Assembly: GCA_964270895.1 (NCBI GenBank)
Contig: OZ185436.1
DNA length: 64,000 nucleotides
Source of the DNA: Podarcis filfolensis
Taxonomy: Eukaryota
Direction: 5' to 3' (one strand)
Positions 49,834 to 61,770 of the stretch are shown in pieces. The notes below the pieces were generated by a model, which was not told the origin of the DNA, ran no database searches, and saw only the letters and a list, made by a program, of their open reading frames with translations. A program made the translations under genes and the position numbers. Positions within the stretch are counted from its first letter, which is position 1. The number at the start of each line of letters is the position of its first letter.

Positions 49834-50850
49834 ATGGCTTTCCTAGATTTGCGTTTTTAAAAAACCGCTAATGAAAATTCTTCAGCTGATCCCATCACAC
49901 CCAAATGTTCCTAATAAGTGTGGGCCCTTAGTGCAGCACCAGGCAGAATCCTCTGGAAAGCAATGGCAATTATTGCAAAACTGTGCAAGTTAATTCTGAA
50001 TGAAGGGAAGATGTATAACTAAGACATACATAGCTTCCCATAAGATGCAAAATCCATAAAAAAGTTTCTCCCTGTCCTGACTTTATGATCCATTTATTTG
50101 GCTACTTCTGTTTCACACACCATACACTGTTTCAGATGGATTTCTTCACGTGTCACAATATTTATTGTTTTACCAGTAAGTGTGGAAATGAAATGCTCCC
50201 ATCAACCCTTTGAAAAAACACACATTATTAGCTTTCTATGAGCTCCACCTGGTGGCTGAATAACAAGGATTCAAATTTCAGCTTCAGTGCAGTAACCCAC
50301 CTGACTTTGGAAGTCATGTGCCTTTTTAAAATGCTGCCATTTAAATGTCGAAGCAGTGCAGGTTCAGCAATTAACACAGCCTTAGTATAGAGGAAATAAT
50401 GAACTGGAAATCTAGAGTTGAATTACTTGCTTTAGTGTACATATAATGGGTGCTAGATGTCTGGATCACAGCTGGAAGATACGTTCTTAATCTGTTTCAT
50501 TCATCCTGTGCCTTACATGGCATTCTGCTCTATGCAATTATCCTGTCACATCACCTATTCAAATATGATAAGCTGGACTCCTGGGGCCTTAACTCGGCAT
50601 ATCTGAAAATCAGGAGGTGTGGAAGCAGCATAATCCTTTTGAAATTGCCTTCTGAGTGTTTGAAACTATTGTCTTTAAACACAATCTTTAAAATCATGAT
50701 CTGGCCATTTTGTAAAACAAAACTTGACAGATAACAGTGTCAAAGGATAACAATAGAAAAGGCCACAGGTTGCTTATCATTCCATTAATCTCACCTCATA
50801 GCTACTGAAACATAGCATCACTGACTTTAGAGAGACATCTGTTCTGCAGT

Positions 50851-50960
50851 TTCCAGAGGGGTAACCTGCAGCAAAAAAACAGCAAAGATTCTTGTGGCAC
50901 CTCAAAGGCTATTATTACATTAGCTTTTATGGACTAGAGTCCACGTTATCTGATGCATGA
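50851..50960 (+). mobile_element. Penelope-like element terminal (pLTR) remnant
   Basis: tcttgtggcacctcaaaggct...agcttttatggactagagtccac...atctgatgcatga resembles reptile Penelope ends (recall). Confidence 0.7.
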
Positions 50961-51159
50961 TGGTGGTATAGGTATTTACAGTACTGTCTCAGGGCCACTA
51001 CCAAGAAAAAAAAGATTGGTGGGCATTTGATAAGTCACCTCCTTATTAGGAATCCCTATAGCAGTTGTATTCCTCATGTTTGTGTCCTGCATGTTGTATA
51101 GCCTTCATTCAGTAGGTTGGGTTGGGCTCTCCATAATCTTTCCTTTCTTTGTGGTATAG

Positions 51160-51230
51160 GCTCAGCGTGGAGTACTGACAGCTCAGGAAGAACAAGTAGC
51201 TGGCTGGTCCTCCGTAACCTCACACCCCAG
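51160..51230 (+). CDS. TNRC6C: Coding exon GSAWSTDSSGRTSSWLVLRNLTPQ (start of RRM)
   Basis: gtatag|GC acceptor and CAG|gtaagc donor; 71 nt, phase 1-0. Confidence 0.94.
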
Positions 51231-52128
51231 GTAAGCAAAGTTCCCTGATTAATTCAGAAAATAGCTATGGGCTATCTGAGATATCAGGGAGATAAAATTT
51301 GGCATCCTGCTTCTAAATCCTTGTGCTATATAATTGTCAGTGTTTATGACACTGCATTAGCACAGCCATTGGTGCATCCTGTCCTAAGCACTCGTTACGG
51401 GTGCTGGACGTTTTAGGATTGGCTCATTGAACCCTTTGCAAACACACCTAGAACCAAATGCAAATCCTCATTCTTGAGAGCACCCTGTGTTTTTATATAG
51501 TGCTGCAGAGTTTGCTAAATTTAAAATAGAATCTCCTTATCCAGAAGTGAGCAAACTTCCAAGTTTGTGGGATCTGAGCCCAGATACTTGTTTTCAGTAG
51601 TAGCACACAGTGCTTTCTCACCAAAATCCAATCCTAGTTTCTTCCCAAATTTTCTTCATTTCAGCAGCCCAATCTGAAAGGAAAGGTGGTTGCTATAGTT
51701 CAACCAAAGGGAGTCAGAATTCCTTAGTGATTACTGCAGATCACTCAGTTCCTTTTGCCTACCCTATCCTAACCTATTCATTTATTGGTTGAATCCTTGC
51801 AAAGTATATCACATGAAGTAGGCATGAGCATTGAACACAAGCTGCCTTGAAAATACAAAGTTCTTCCTCCTGCTTTTGCAGGTTTCATTGTCAAATGTAA
51901 AACGGGGCCATCAGCTAATACAGAAATGCAGTCTTAAAAATAGTGGGACATCAAATGATTAGATACCCAGAAATATACAAGGTTGTCTTTCAGTAGCATG
52001 GCTATTGGTATACATTACAGAAAGTGTACTATTTCCCCTGATGGCTTTAGGTGGTCTATGGAAGCAGTAAGAGCAGCTATCTGACCTCCTAGTGGTGCAG
52101 CTATAAAACATTTGCAAAGTTAAACAAG

Positions 52129-52226
52129 GTCTGGTATGGTTTCAGATTGGATGGGGGACTGTGTGTTGAGATTCCTGTACTGCAAGGGATGATCTTTGGG
52201 ATCCCTTCCAACTCTACAATTCTGTG
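52129..52226 (+). mobile_element. CR1 3' end remnant
   Basis: ttgagattcctgtactgcaaggg...tcccttccaactctacaattctgtg. Confidence 0.75.
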
Positions 52227-53081
52227 TCTCTGTATGAGAAACTCACACATCCACTTTTCCATGTAATTGCTGAAGAAAGTCACCACTCGGCCCCATATGG
52301 AAATGCATGGCCACCAGAAATGGGGTTCAGCTCAGCCACCTGCCCATGCAGGAGATACACAACTTTCTTCTTCAGTTGCAGGAGAAACTGTAGTCTTAGT
52401 ATAGTGAGTCTGCCCTAACTGGTAAAAAAATCTTAGCCATCTTTAGATGTGGAGGGGCCGTGTCACCCTCCCAACACCAGCATCACTGCTCCTTACCTGG
52501 ACAGTGCAGAGTAGGACAGAACTGTGCAGGTGCGTCAGTGGAGCCATTCCAATGCTCCCACTGGTGTGCCTGTGCAGCCCAGACCTGGCCACTGCCCCAC
52601 CACCACCACTCCTGCTAAGTGGCAGCAGTGCTGGTGTCAGAAGGGCGGCACCACATCAACCACTCCAGGAAATAATTCACTCTGGGAAATAATCTTAAAC
52701 AAGTTCCCTTACTCAGAAGATGCATAGCATTAGCAACCAGATCAAATGCTTTACGTTAAGACAAGTCTGATTAAAGTCTTATTTCTCTTTGGGTTAATGG
52801 GGTAATTAAGCAATCCTACCAATTAAAGCTTTCTGGCTTAATGAACATGACCTCAAAATACTTGGCACAGAGGCTTACAGAAACAGCTTGAGTGTAGCTA
52901 TGCTGATATCGGGGAGCAGGCAGAAAGAGAAAGAAGTGGGTGTGAGTTCTCTTGTTGTACTGGATCTCCAGAGAGAATGTGAGTGCAGTTAAGTTTTGGC
53001 GAAAGGCTGGATAAAACCAATGTGATGCAGTTGCTCGTGACGCCTCTAAATCAATCTCATTTGTGCTCCTTTTCCAATTAG

Positions 53082-53221
53082 ATTGATGGCTCTACACTGC
53101 GTACTCTATGCTTGCAGCACGGTCCTCTTATTACATTCCATCTGAACCTGACTCAAGGGAATGCTGTGGTTCGATACAGTTCCAAGGAAGAAGCAGCGAA
53201 GGCCCAGAAATCTCTGCATAT
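53082..53221 (+). CDS. TNRC6C: Coding exon [46 protein letters not shown](M) (RRM core)
   Basis: ccaattag|ATT acceptor and CATAT|gtatgc donor; 140 nt, phase 0-2. Confidence 0.95.
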
Positions 53222-54144
53222 GTATGCAATCTATTCAGTATTTGCTGTGGTTCATATGTGACCTCTGTGTCTTAGTTTTGTGTGTCTGTAAGAGCAGAAG
53301 CAGAAGAACTGAATAATGAAAATTAAGCTGTGAGATGTACATGAGCAGGGCATTAAGTGAAAAGTCACGATACAGGATATGCCTATAAAAACTGGCAAAT
53401 TCCAAAAGAGGTAGATTTGCTCCTACTTAGGACTCCCAATTACATTCACCAGCAGTCCCTTAGCTTCTGCAGCTTTTATCCTGCGTTGAATTAAACCAAT
53501 AAAAATAAGTTTAACATTTTAATGTTTGCAGTAACCCACACTGCATTCTTAAATGTGGGTTGGTGAGGAGAAAACCTAGAGACATGGTAGATCAGTCTCA
53601 GCTTTGGATATGGAGTACTTTTGCAGCATTTCATTATGTAAGGCCAGAAGTAGTGATTAGAGTTAATTAAGAAGAAGAATGTTAGTCTCCACCCCTTGGC
53701 TTACTGTGTGGTGTGTTCATTGCTAGACATGCAGGAGGGTGTGAAGATAGGGATTGGAGAAATGATTTCTGAGGCCACAGAGGCATGTAATTGAAAGCAG
53801 TGCTCTTGCCCAGTACATTTCCTAGGGGAAGATATTTCCAGGTGGAATATTTCCAGGTGAAATATTTGTTTCCCAAAGCCAGCCTAATGCCTTTCCCTCC
53901 CTCTCAGCTTTTGCATGGTACCTCTTGTCAACCACACTACCAAAGCGGCTCAGAAGGAGAAAAGTGGATGGACACACACTTGCATACATGTGGAATATAA
54001 TTAAGAGGATCTAGAATAAACCCATGACTTTGGTATTTGAACAAGCAACCACAAACCTTAACCAAAGGCCATGGATTGAAAAATAATAGCCACTTCTGTC
54101 TTTGAGGAGACAGCCAAGTAGAATTGACTGTTATTTTTAATATA

Positions 54145-54225
54145 CCCCCTGCTATCCAGCATCACCTTCCAGATGTTGTGGACCGCAGTACCTGTCAGCC
54201 CCAGCCTGCATGGCTGCTCAGCCTA
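54145..54225. mobile_element. Half copy of the hAT MITE family
   Basis: ccttccagatgttgtggacc...tcagccccagcc. Confidence 0.55.
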
Positions 54226-54661
54226 GGGCTTATACAAAGTTGTCGTCCAAAGCATCTGGAATTCTGGTCCAAAAAAATGGGTCGTGGAAAGGTGGTCTAT
54301 CATCTGAAATATATATATTCTGAACTCTACAGAAGTCTATATATTCAAAACAAAATAAAGTATGCAAAATAAATGTGTGTGCGCTTTGTATGCTACGTGC
54401 ATCCATAGATTTGCTTGGTGCAGTGAGCTTCAAGCCCTGCTTTTTCATAGGTACATCTAGCATTCCCTCCACTGAATGATGATTGCGGTATATAGATAAT
54501 CATACATTAAAACAGAAATAATAAGGATTGATTTGTTAGATTTTCATAGCATTAGGTTTCATAACAGAATATGAAAATAGCCTGAGACAAATCCCCCTCT
54601 CTGAGCCCAGGTAAGAGTGTGGTTTACCTCTGAGCATCTCTGTGTCTTTCTCTGTTTTCAG

Positions 54662-55022
54662 GTGCGTTTTGGGGAACACTACCATCTTGGCCGAGTTCGC
54701 TGGAGAAGAGGAAGTGAACCGTTTCTTAGCACAAGGCCAGCCACTGCCCCCCACCTCCAGTTGGCAGTCCAACACTGGAACCACTCAGACACGTTTGGGC
54801 TCCACAAGCAGCTCACACGGCATGGTGCGCAACGATGCAGGCCACTGGAATACCCCCTGCCTAGGTGGCAAAGGGAGCAGTGATCTGCTCTGGGGCGGGG
54901 TCCCTCAGTACTCAAGCAGCCTTTGGGGTCCACCCAGTACCGATGACGGCAGGGTTATCGGAAGCCCAACGCCTTTGAATACTCTGCTCCCAGGTGACCT
55001 TCTCAGCGGGGAGTCCATCTAG
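54662..55022 (+). CDS. TNRC6C: Last coding exon CVLGNTTILAEFAGEEEV...SSLWGPP (CIM2 LWG at 54921-54929)...LLPGDLLSGESI*
   Basis: tgttttcag|G acceptor completes ATG with the phase-2 donor of the previous exon; stop TAG at 55020-55022. Confidence 0.96.
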
Positions 55023-57780
55023 GACACCAGAGAAACAAAATGGAAGTAACAATCATCAGCACTAAAGGAAAATAATGGTAACCCTTTCCAGTCCAGGGCA
55101 TCGCGAAGAATCCAGCTTTAATAGATCAGACTGGCAGCCCTTTTTTTTAGTACCTCTGTCCAATATCGACTATGAAACTCTGCCGAAGTCCTTGTGAACT
55201 GTTAGTGCAACAGTATGGGCTCCCTTTGGTCAGTGTCACGTGCTAATGATAGGTTTTATGTGGGTTTTTTTCCAATGGCTTTTTAATTTTGTTTTTATGT
55301 TTGTATGGTGTTTTTAAAGACGTATAAAAGCTGCTTAGACTAGTTCTATCATGAAGGGCACTTTTCAGAATTTGGGCTGGAAAGGGTTATTTTATCAACT
55401 GTGGGAGTCGGGGAGGGATGAAGGGGGGGAGGGTTGTGAGAAAGCCTATTTAAAATGAGCCTGTGATAATTATGCACATTACCAGAGGCGGATCCAGTAA
55501 TCAGTAGGGGATGGCATCCGACCAGCCCGTAAGCAGTCAGCAGCATAGGGGGGAACAAATCCTATGCCCCTCAGCTGTACGACTTGGATTGAGAGGTGGG
55601 GTGGAATATCCATGTCCACTACTCCCACGGGTCTTGCCTATGCACATTACACTTGTTTCATTACTTTTTTGTGTCATTGTTTTTTTTTTAAAACTCCCCC
55701 CAAAAAATAGTAAAAAAGAAGACGAAGGTTTTTTTAAAAAAACATATCAAACATGCAACTATACTTGAATCCAGCAGGCCAATAACAAAATGTGAACACT
55801 TTCTATTATTACACTTCCAGGTCGGCACCAGAAATCAAAAGAACAGGCTCTAGGAATATTTTTGTTGAGTTCTTTCTTATACGTATGCATTGGGGAAAAA
55901 GATGGATAGATGTGTGAGCGTATGGACGTGTGTGCGCGCCAGTTGTACAACTGAACAAATTGTGTGACTTTTTTCCTTTCTTTCCCCTTCCCCACTTCTC
56001 AGTATATGCTTTTGATTTGCTATTTGGTCAAACGTTTAATTGTTATTAGCTTCTAACTTTGCACTGAGTGTCCACAGCCCTTCTTGTAGCTAATCCTACT
56101 TGTTTTTAAAAAAGAAAATTGAAAAAAAAAACTGATAGGAGGGGCTGGCGACAATTCACGTGTAAATGTTTACTCAAGGACTCTTACTGCATTTTAAAAA
56201 ACTTACAGTGTGTATCTCTGGAGAATAATATGTATATCTACCTTTAGCAGCTTTTTATTGTGGACTAATGCAAGGAAATAAATACCGGAGTATTGCACCA
56301 TTTTTCCCCCCATTCGGAATATAAAGTTTTAAAAAAGGAAAAAAAAAAACTCTTGTTGAACTGTGGCCATAAATACTTGTAAAGAGTGGATGGTTCCCTG
56401 CAAGCCGGAACGGAAACAAGCACTTGGACATAGGTTTTGACTGCTTTTGGAGGAGCCTACGGTTTCGGCTCCCACCTGTTTACAGACCTTTTTTTTTCCT
56501 CCTTCAAACTTTAAAATAAAAAAAGGAATTGAAAAAAAAGAAAAAAAATAGACTTCCATCATAAAGAAACCTATTTTCAGAATGAAGATATGCTACTTCA
56601 GAGCTCTGGGATTGAACAGTGTTTGTTGTTGTTATTGTTGTTGTTGTTGTTTATCCTTTTCTTTGGCCATTGCTGTGTACTCCTTTGTTGTTTTTTCCTC
56701 CTCTTCGTCAAGAGTGGCGAAAAATATTGTGATCACTATCTTGCACATGGTGGAAGATGTCTCAGGAAAGCCGGGTTTCCCGAGGAGCAACTCCACACCA
56801 TTTCATGTATTTTTTAAACCCAACTCCTAGCACTGAAGATATTATTAAAAAACAAAATGAAAAAAATAAAAATAAAAAGACAGTAAGAGAAGAAGAAAAA
56901 TACCTAATCTAATGTGTAGCAGTTACATATTTACCAAATAATGGACTCAAAAGAAATAGATGTTTGAAGAGTGCTTTATATATTAAAAATTGCTTTATGT
57001 TTAAAAATGATCAATGTTTTTGATTGTTTTGAAAGGAAGAAAGACAATGGAATAACATACCCTTTGAGTATGTTTTTAAAAATTATATGAACATTGTGCT
57101 CCCTGCCTGCTTGGATCAGGAAACTTGTGCATTACATTTTTTGTTTTGTTAAAGATTAGCTTTTTAATGGTTTTGTCCAATTAAAAAGGGTCCTGCAAGA
57201 TTGCAAATCAACAAAAGCTGGTTTTCTAGAGGATCATGAACTATGCACAGATTGGGTTCCAGACTTGTGTTTCCTCAAGTTTTCGTAGTGTATTTAGCTG
57301 AATACCCTTTTCTCAGAGTGCTTGCATCTCATTGTCATTACACGCACTCTACATATGTATTGTGTATATATATCTCTCTCCCTTAATACACACACAGACA
57401 CACACACACACATTATATTTATATATATATAATACATATGTGCCTATGTGCGGATTGAAATAGTCAATACAATTTTCCATGCTGAAGTTTAGTAATGAGT
57501 TGTAGAAAAAGAACTCCTGATCATTTAAAATTGGGGATGGACATAAGAAAAAAAGCAAATACATCCTGTTGAACTTTTTTTTTTTTTTTGCCTTCTTTCA
57601 TTTTGAATTCAAGATGTCTGTAACTCTGAGATGAAAAGATAAAAAAAAAAGTTTGTGGCTTTTAATGTTATTTCTCCTCATAGAATGTGATTGTTAAAAA
57701 CATGCACCAGAAGTTGCTTTCAAGAGTACGAAGATTCTTTGAAACTTAATAAACTGCAGTTTTTCTTGGCTGTTAAGATG
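55023..57780 (+). other. TNRC6C: 3' UTR of TNRC6C (end approximate)
   Basis: U/A-rich and free of recognisable TEs up to about 58190. It contains a (TTG)n tract near 56620-56650 and a CA/TA tract near 57395-57430. Confidence 0.75.
57748..57753 (+). terminator. Probable distal polyadenylation signal AATAAA
   Basis: AATAAA is followed about 30 nt later by the GU/U-rich gtgtatttttcttgtgt (57783-57800). Other AATAAA hexamers at 56277, about 56515 and about 56866 could be proximal sites. Confidence 0.6.
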
Positions 57781-58190
57781 ACCGTGTATTTTTCTTGTGT
57801 ACAAAGATGACTGTTAATTCTAGCTTTGATCACAGGGGTTTTTGTTGTTGTTGAGGGCATTTTTAAGGCTTTCCACATTCATACATGTGCAACCTGCAAA
57901 TATCTGAAGTGATTAAAATTTCACCCTCCATATGTGTATACTTTAATTTACATGCTATATTCCAGTTACAGATTGTGGACTTGTGGCTTGCAATTGCCTA
58001 CTCTTGCCATTTGTATCTGATAGCTGTCCTCTTAATCTTTCTGACGTAATATAGGAATGCATTTTATATGAAACAGTTATTGTATTTTTGTTAAAATGCT
58101 ACATGCCTGTTTTTGTCTTTTACAATACCGTGGAACAAATTCTAGAACTCTGCTGCAGTTGTGATGAAATAAGAGGCAGAATTCAGAGTA

Positions 58191-58428
58191 CAGTGATACC
58201 TCAGTTTAAGAACAGTCCTGTTTACGAACGATTCAGTTTACGAACACTGCAAAACCGGTAGTGTCCCAGTTTGCGAACTTTACCTCAGTTTACGAACGGA
58301 ATCCGAACAGTGGAAGGGCACTGGCGGCGGGAGGCCTCATTAGGGAAAGTGCGCCTCGGTTTAATAATGGTTTCGGTTTAAGAATGGACTTCCGGAATGG
58401 ATTAAGTTTGTAAACCGAGGTACCACTG
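58191..58428 (-). mobile_element. Tc1/mariner MITE, TA TSD, inverted relative to the 29656 and 35912 copies
   Basis: TA|cagtgatacctc...gaggtaccactg|TA. Its reverse complement aligns with the first ~100 bp of the 29656 copy. Confidence 0.92.
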
Positions 58429-58519
58429 TATACCCTCTGCAAACAAATCCAATTTTGTCGTGCTTCTGAGCCACCCTTCCCTTCGCCTCAGTTTTATTGG
58501 ACCTCTTGAGAACAAAGAC

Positions 58520-58570
<51 letters not shown>

Positions 58571-59755
58571 TTTATTTATATCCCGCCCTCCCTAGCCGAA
58601 GCCGGGCTCAGGGCGGCTAACAACAATCAAATAATCAAACAATCAAATAAACCAACATTCTAAAAATATTTCATTATAAAAATTAATTAAAATCAAGTTG
58701 ATGGCAACCATTAAGCAAAACTCTGTGCAGGTTGCCAGAGGAGGGAGTCAGGCTGCGCCCTGACCAAAGGCCTGGTGGAACAACTCTGTCTTGCAGGCCC
58801 TGCGGAAAGATGTCAGGTCCCGCAGGGCCCTAGTCTCTTGTGACAGAGCGTTCCACCAGATTGGAGCCGCAGCCGAGAAGGCCCTGGCTCTAGTTGAGGC
58901 CAGCCTAACCTCTCTGAGGCCTGGGACCTTCAGGATGTTTTTATTTGCAGACCGTAGGTTTCTTTGTGGGGCATACCAGGAGAGGCGGTTCCGTAGGTAC
59001 GAGGGTCCTAGGCCGTATAGGGCTTTAAAGGTTAAAACCAGCACCTTAAACCTGATCCTGTACTCCACCGGGAGCCAGTGCAGCTGATATAGCACCGGAT
59101 GAATGTGGTCTCGCAGCGAAGACCCCATAAGGAGTCTCGCCGCGGCATTCTGCACCCGCTGGAGTTTCTGGGTCAGTCTCAAGGGCAGCCCCATGTAGAG
59201 CGAGTTACAATAATCCAGTCTGGAGGTGACCGTCGCGTGGATCACAGTGGCTAGGTCAGGGCGAGAGAGATAAGGAGCCAACTGCTTAGCTTGGCGGAGA
59301 TGAAAAAATGCCACCTTTGTTATAGCTGTAATCTGCGCCTCCATAGAGAGGGAGGTATCAAAGATTACACCCAAACTCTTAACGGACGATGCTGGCACTA
59401 ATTGCACCCCCGCAAGAGATGGGAGTTGCCCCCTCAATCCCATATCGTCCCGTCCCAGCCAGAGGACCTCTGTCTTCGAAGGATTTAACTTCAACCGGCT
59501 CCCACGTAACCATCCAGCCACAGCCTCCAGGCATCTGGTCAGTGTGTCTGGGGCCGAGTCAGGATGGCCATCCATCAACAGATAGAGTTGGGTGTCATTG
59601 GCATACTGATGGCAACCCAGCCCAAAACTCCGAGCAAGCTGGGCGAGGGGGCGCATAAAGATGTTAAAAAGCACCGGGGAGAGAATCGCACCCTGAGGCA
59701 CTCCACACACCAAGGAGTGGCGCGATGACAATTCCCCCCCAAGCGCCACATCCAC
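58520..59755 (-). mobile_element. Young 5'-truncated L2-clade LINE: C-terminal 335 aa of ORF2 (58748-59755), 3' UTR and (TTA)n tail
   Basis: RT motifs GVPQGAILSPVLFNIF, QYANDTQLY and LKLNPSKTE, plus SRLDYCNSL and LHWLPVEYRIRFK. The frame is uninterrupted to the stop at 58748. The minus-strand 3' end reads gggcgggatataaataaaat(tta)n. Confidence 0.95.
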
Positions 59756-59996
59756 ATGTAGAATTGAAAAGTAGTGAGCAGAGAGATTATAATCACAGTC
59801 ACAAGACAGTGTTTATGAGCATTCATTTATGGTAAACTAATACCACCTTTATTTTTCTTCTCTTAATATTACAATTCTTTTAAGAGCCTTATTCCCCTAA
59901 TCCCTATTTTAATCATAATCAAATTTGACTGCCTCTAATGGTTTCAAATAGGAACTTTCTGAAAGAGGGAATAGCCTTGATTGTGATGCACTGAGA

Positions 59997-60460
59997 CCAC
60001 AATCCTTTACATAGTTAACTGGGAATAAGTTCCACTGAATTTAGTGGGGATTACTTTTGAGTAGAAGGGACGTGGGTGGTGCTGCGGGTTAAACCACAGA
60101 GCCTAGGACTTGCCGATCAGAAGGACAGCTGTTTGAATCCCCACGACGGGGTGAGCTCCTGTTGCTTGGTCCCTGCTCCTGCCAACCTAGCAGTTCGAAA
60201 GTACGTCAAAGTGCAAGTAGATAAATAGGTACCACTCCAGCAGGAAGGTAAACAGTGTTTCCGTGCGCTGCTCGGCTTAGTCAGCTAAGCCAGAAGCAGC
60301 TTAGTCATGCCGGCCACATGACCCAAAAGTTGTACACTGGCTCCCTCGGCTAATAAAGCGAGATGAGCACCGCAACCCCAGAGTCGGTCACGACTGGACC
60401 TAATGGTCAGGGGTCCCTTTATCTTTACCTTACTTTTGAGTAGACATGTACAAGATTGCA
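59997..60460. repeat. Old short palindromic MITE-like repeat split by the SINE insertion
   Basis: ccacaatcctttacata...ttacttttgagtaga [SINE] catgtacaagattgca; the ends are complementary (caatcc / agattg). Confidence 0.65.
60067..60429 (+). mobile_element. Full-length Sauria SINE (Squam1, lacertid type) with 15-bp TSD
   Basis: tRNA-like head with A box at 60077-60087 and a CpG-decayed B box tgtttgaatcc at 60130-60140. It has a Bov-B-type tail (cagagtcggtcacgactgg) and an (ACCTTT)-like end. TSD ttacttttgagtaga at 60051-60065 and 60430-60444. Confidence 0.95.
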
Positions 60461-61770
60461 TTTTAAGGCAGTTCACACTTTGAGAGGCATAGATCTATTT
60501 GGACAAGAGTGGGCTTTCTAATAACTGGGGGCCCAAATAATTATTAAGCAAGACTTTTCTTACAGCCTCTGCAAGTCAGCAAACAATGCATCACAGAGCA
60601 AGTAAGCGATAGCGTTTTGCACAAATGAATCTTCTATTGCAGCCACCCTTTAGCTCCTTGAAGGAAAGGTAGGATATAAGTGAATCAATAAATGTAAATA
60701 ATATCTGACAATGGAAGAAAAATGGCATTGTTTTCAGAAAATCAGTACATTTATAGGCAGATGTTCCCACTCACCCTCATAGACCAGAGACAAATGCAGA
60801 TCTCCAGTGTTTCAAATGGAGTTTCAGGGCTTCTGCTGATGGGGTTTGTTGGATGAATCCTGCCAAAAGTATATGCATATTTAAATAAGTATATGTAATT
60901 TATGGGAATCTGTGTTTGCATGTAAATGCTGCTAAGATCGGAGCTTCAGAACCCTTTAAATGTGACTGATCTGCACAGAATGCTGTACAGGTATTTCACA
61001 CATTCTGAGCATCTCATTTAAGTGGGACCTGAAGGTGCTTTCCAGTGACTGCTAAAGGGCTAGAGTTTGGTGAGCTTTCCCCCCCAACATGGAGAAGAGG
61101 TCTGTGGTCTCTGATTATCTGTGGAGTCTAGTGCAGCACGGAGAAACAGGAAGCAGTGCAGTCTTGGGTTTCACCACATGAGTGGAAACTACAGAGCACT
61201 AAAGTATTTTTTTAAGTAGCTAATGTGTGGTTACTAGGTTTCATGAAGTGGGCTAATAGTAAGATAAGTTGTTTACTGAGGAGAAGAAAAACAACATGCC
61301 CCTTCAGAATTTCAACATCCATTAAATTAATGGTCAAAAAATGAAAAGAAAACTAAGGTAGAATGCTTATTGCAACACATAGTGGCCAATTCACTGCCAC
61401 AGGATGGTGTGAATCACTAGCATAAATTGGTGTCTAATGTATTTGAGAAGTATATGATGGTGCCTATTGCCTGACAGTCTAAAAGTGCCAGCAGTTAGAA
61501 ATGGGCTTCTTCTTAGCTGGTGATAGATAGATACTGCTTGCTATCAAACCCCACTTGTGAACTTCCCTCTATACTATTAAGGCAGCATTTGTCTCAAATA
61601 GGAACGATGAGCTGTATTAGCATCATCCAGGATGGCTTCTAGTGTTCCTATGAAAAGTTGTCAACTTTAGGGGCAGTTTGGAAGTGTTTAATGTATCTGG
61701 AGTACACTTCCTGTCCCCCTTTGAAGGAGAGGTGTGCAAAACGCCCCCTTTTGGATCAGAGCGCCAGTAG

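Larger units (their letters stand above)
9636..57780 (+). other. TNRC6C: TNRC6C (GW182 family) gene body, 5'-incomplete in this window
   Basis: The exon chain gives MATGSAQGNFTGHTKK...GW repeats...UBA...Q-rich...PAM2...RRM...LLPGDLLSGESI*. The N- and C-terminal sequences match TNRC6C rather than TNRC6A/B (recall). All junction phases are compatible. From the ATG at 9854 the spliced CDS is about 1679 aa, or 1718 aa with the cassette exon, assuming a 120-nt masked exon. Confidence 0.96.

Noticed and set aside
1592-51470. Scattered ATGCAAAT/ATTTGCAT octamers
   Set aside because: About a dozen are spread through AT-rich introns with no clustering, apart from the one beside the CCAAT box, which is reported above.
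56291-56298. TATTGCAC resembling miR-25/92
   Set aside because: This is the miRNA's own sense sequence rather than a target site, and I see no hairpin partner nearby.
58460-58663. ORF with a poly-Ile run
   Set aside because: Translation of the L2 (TAA)n tail.
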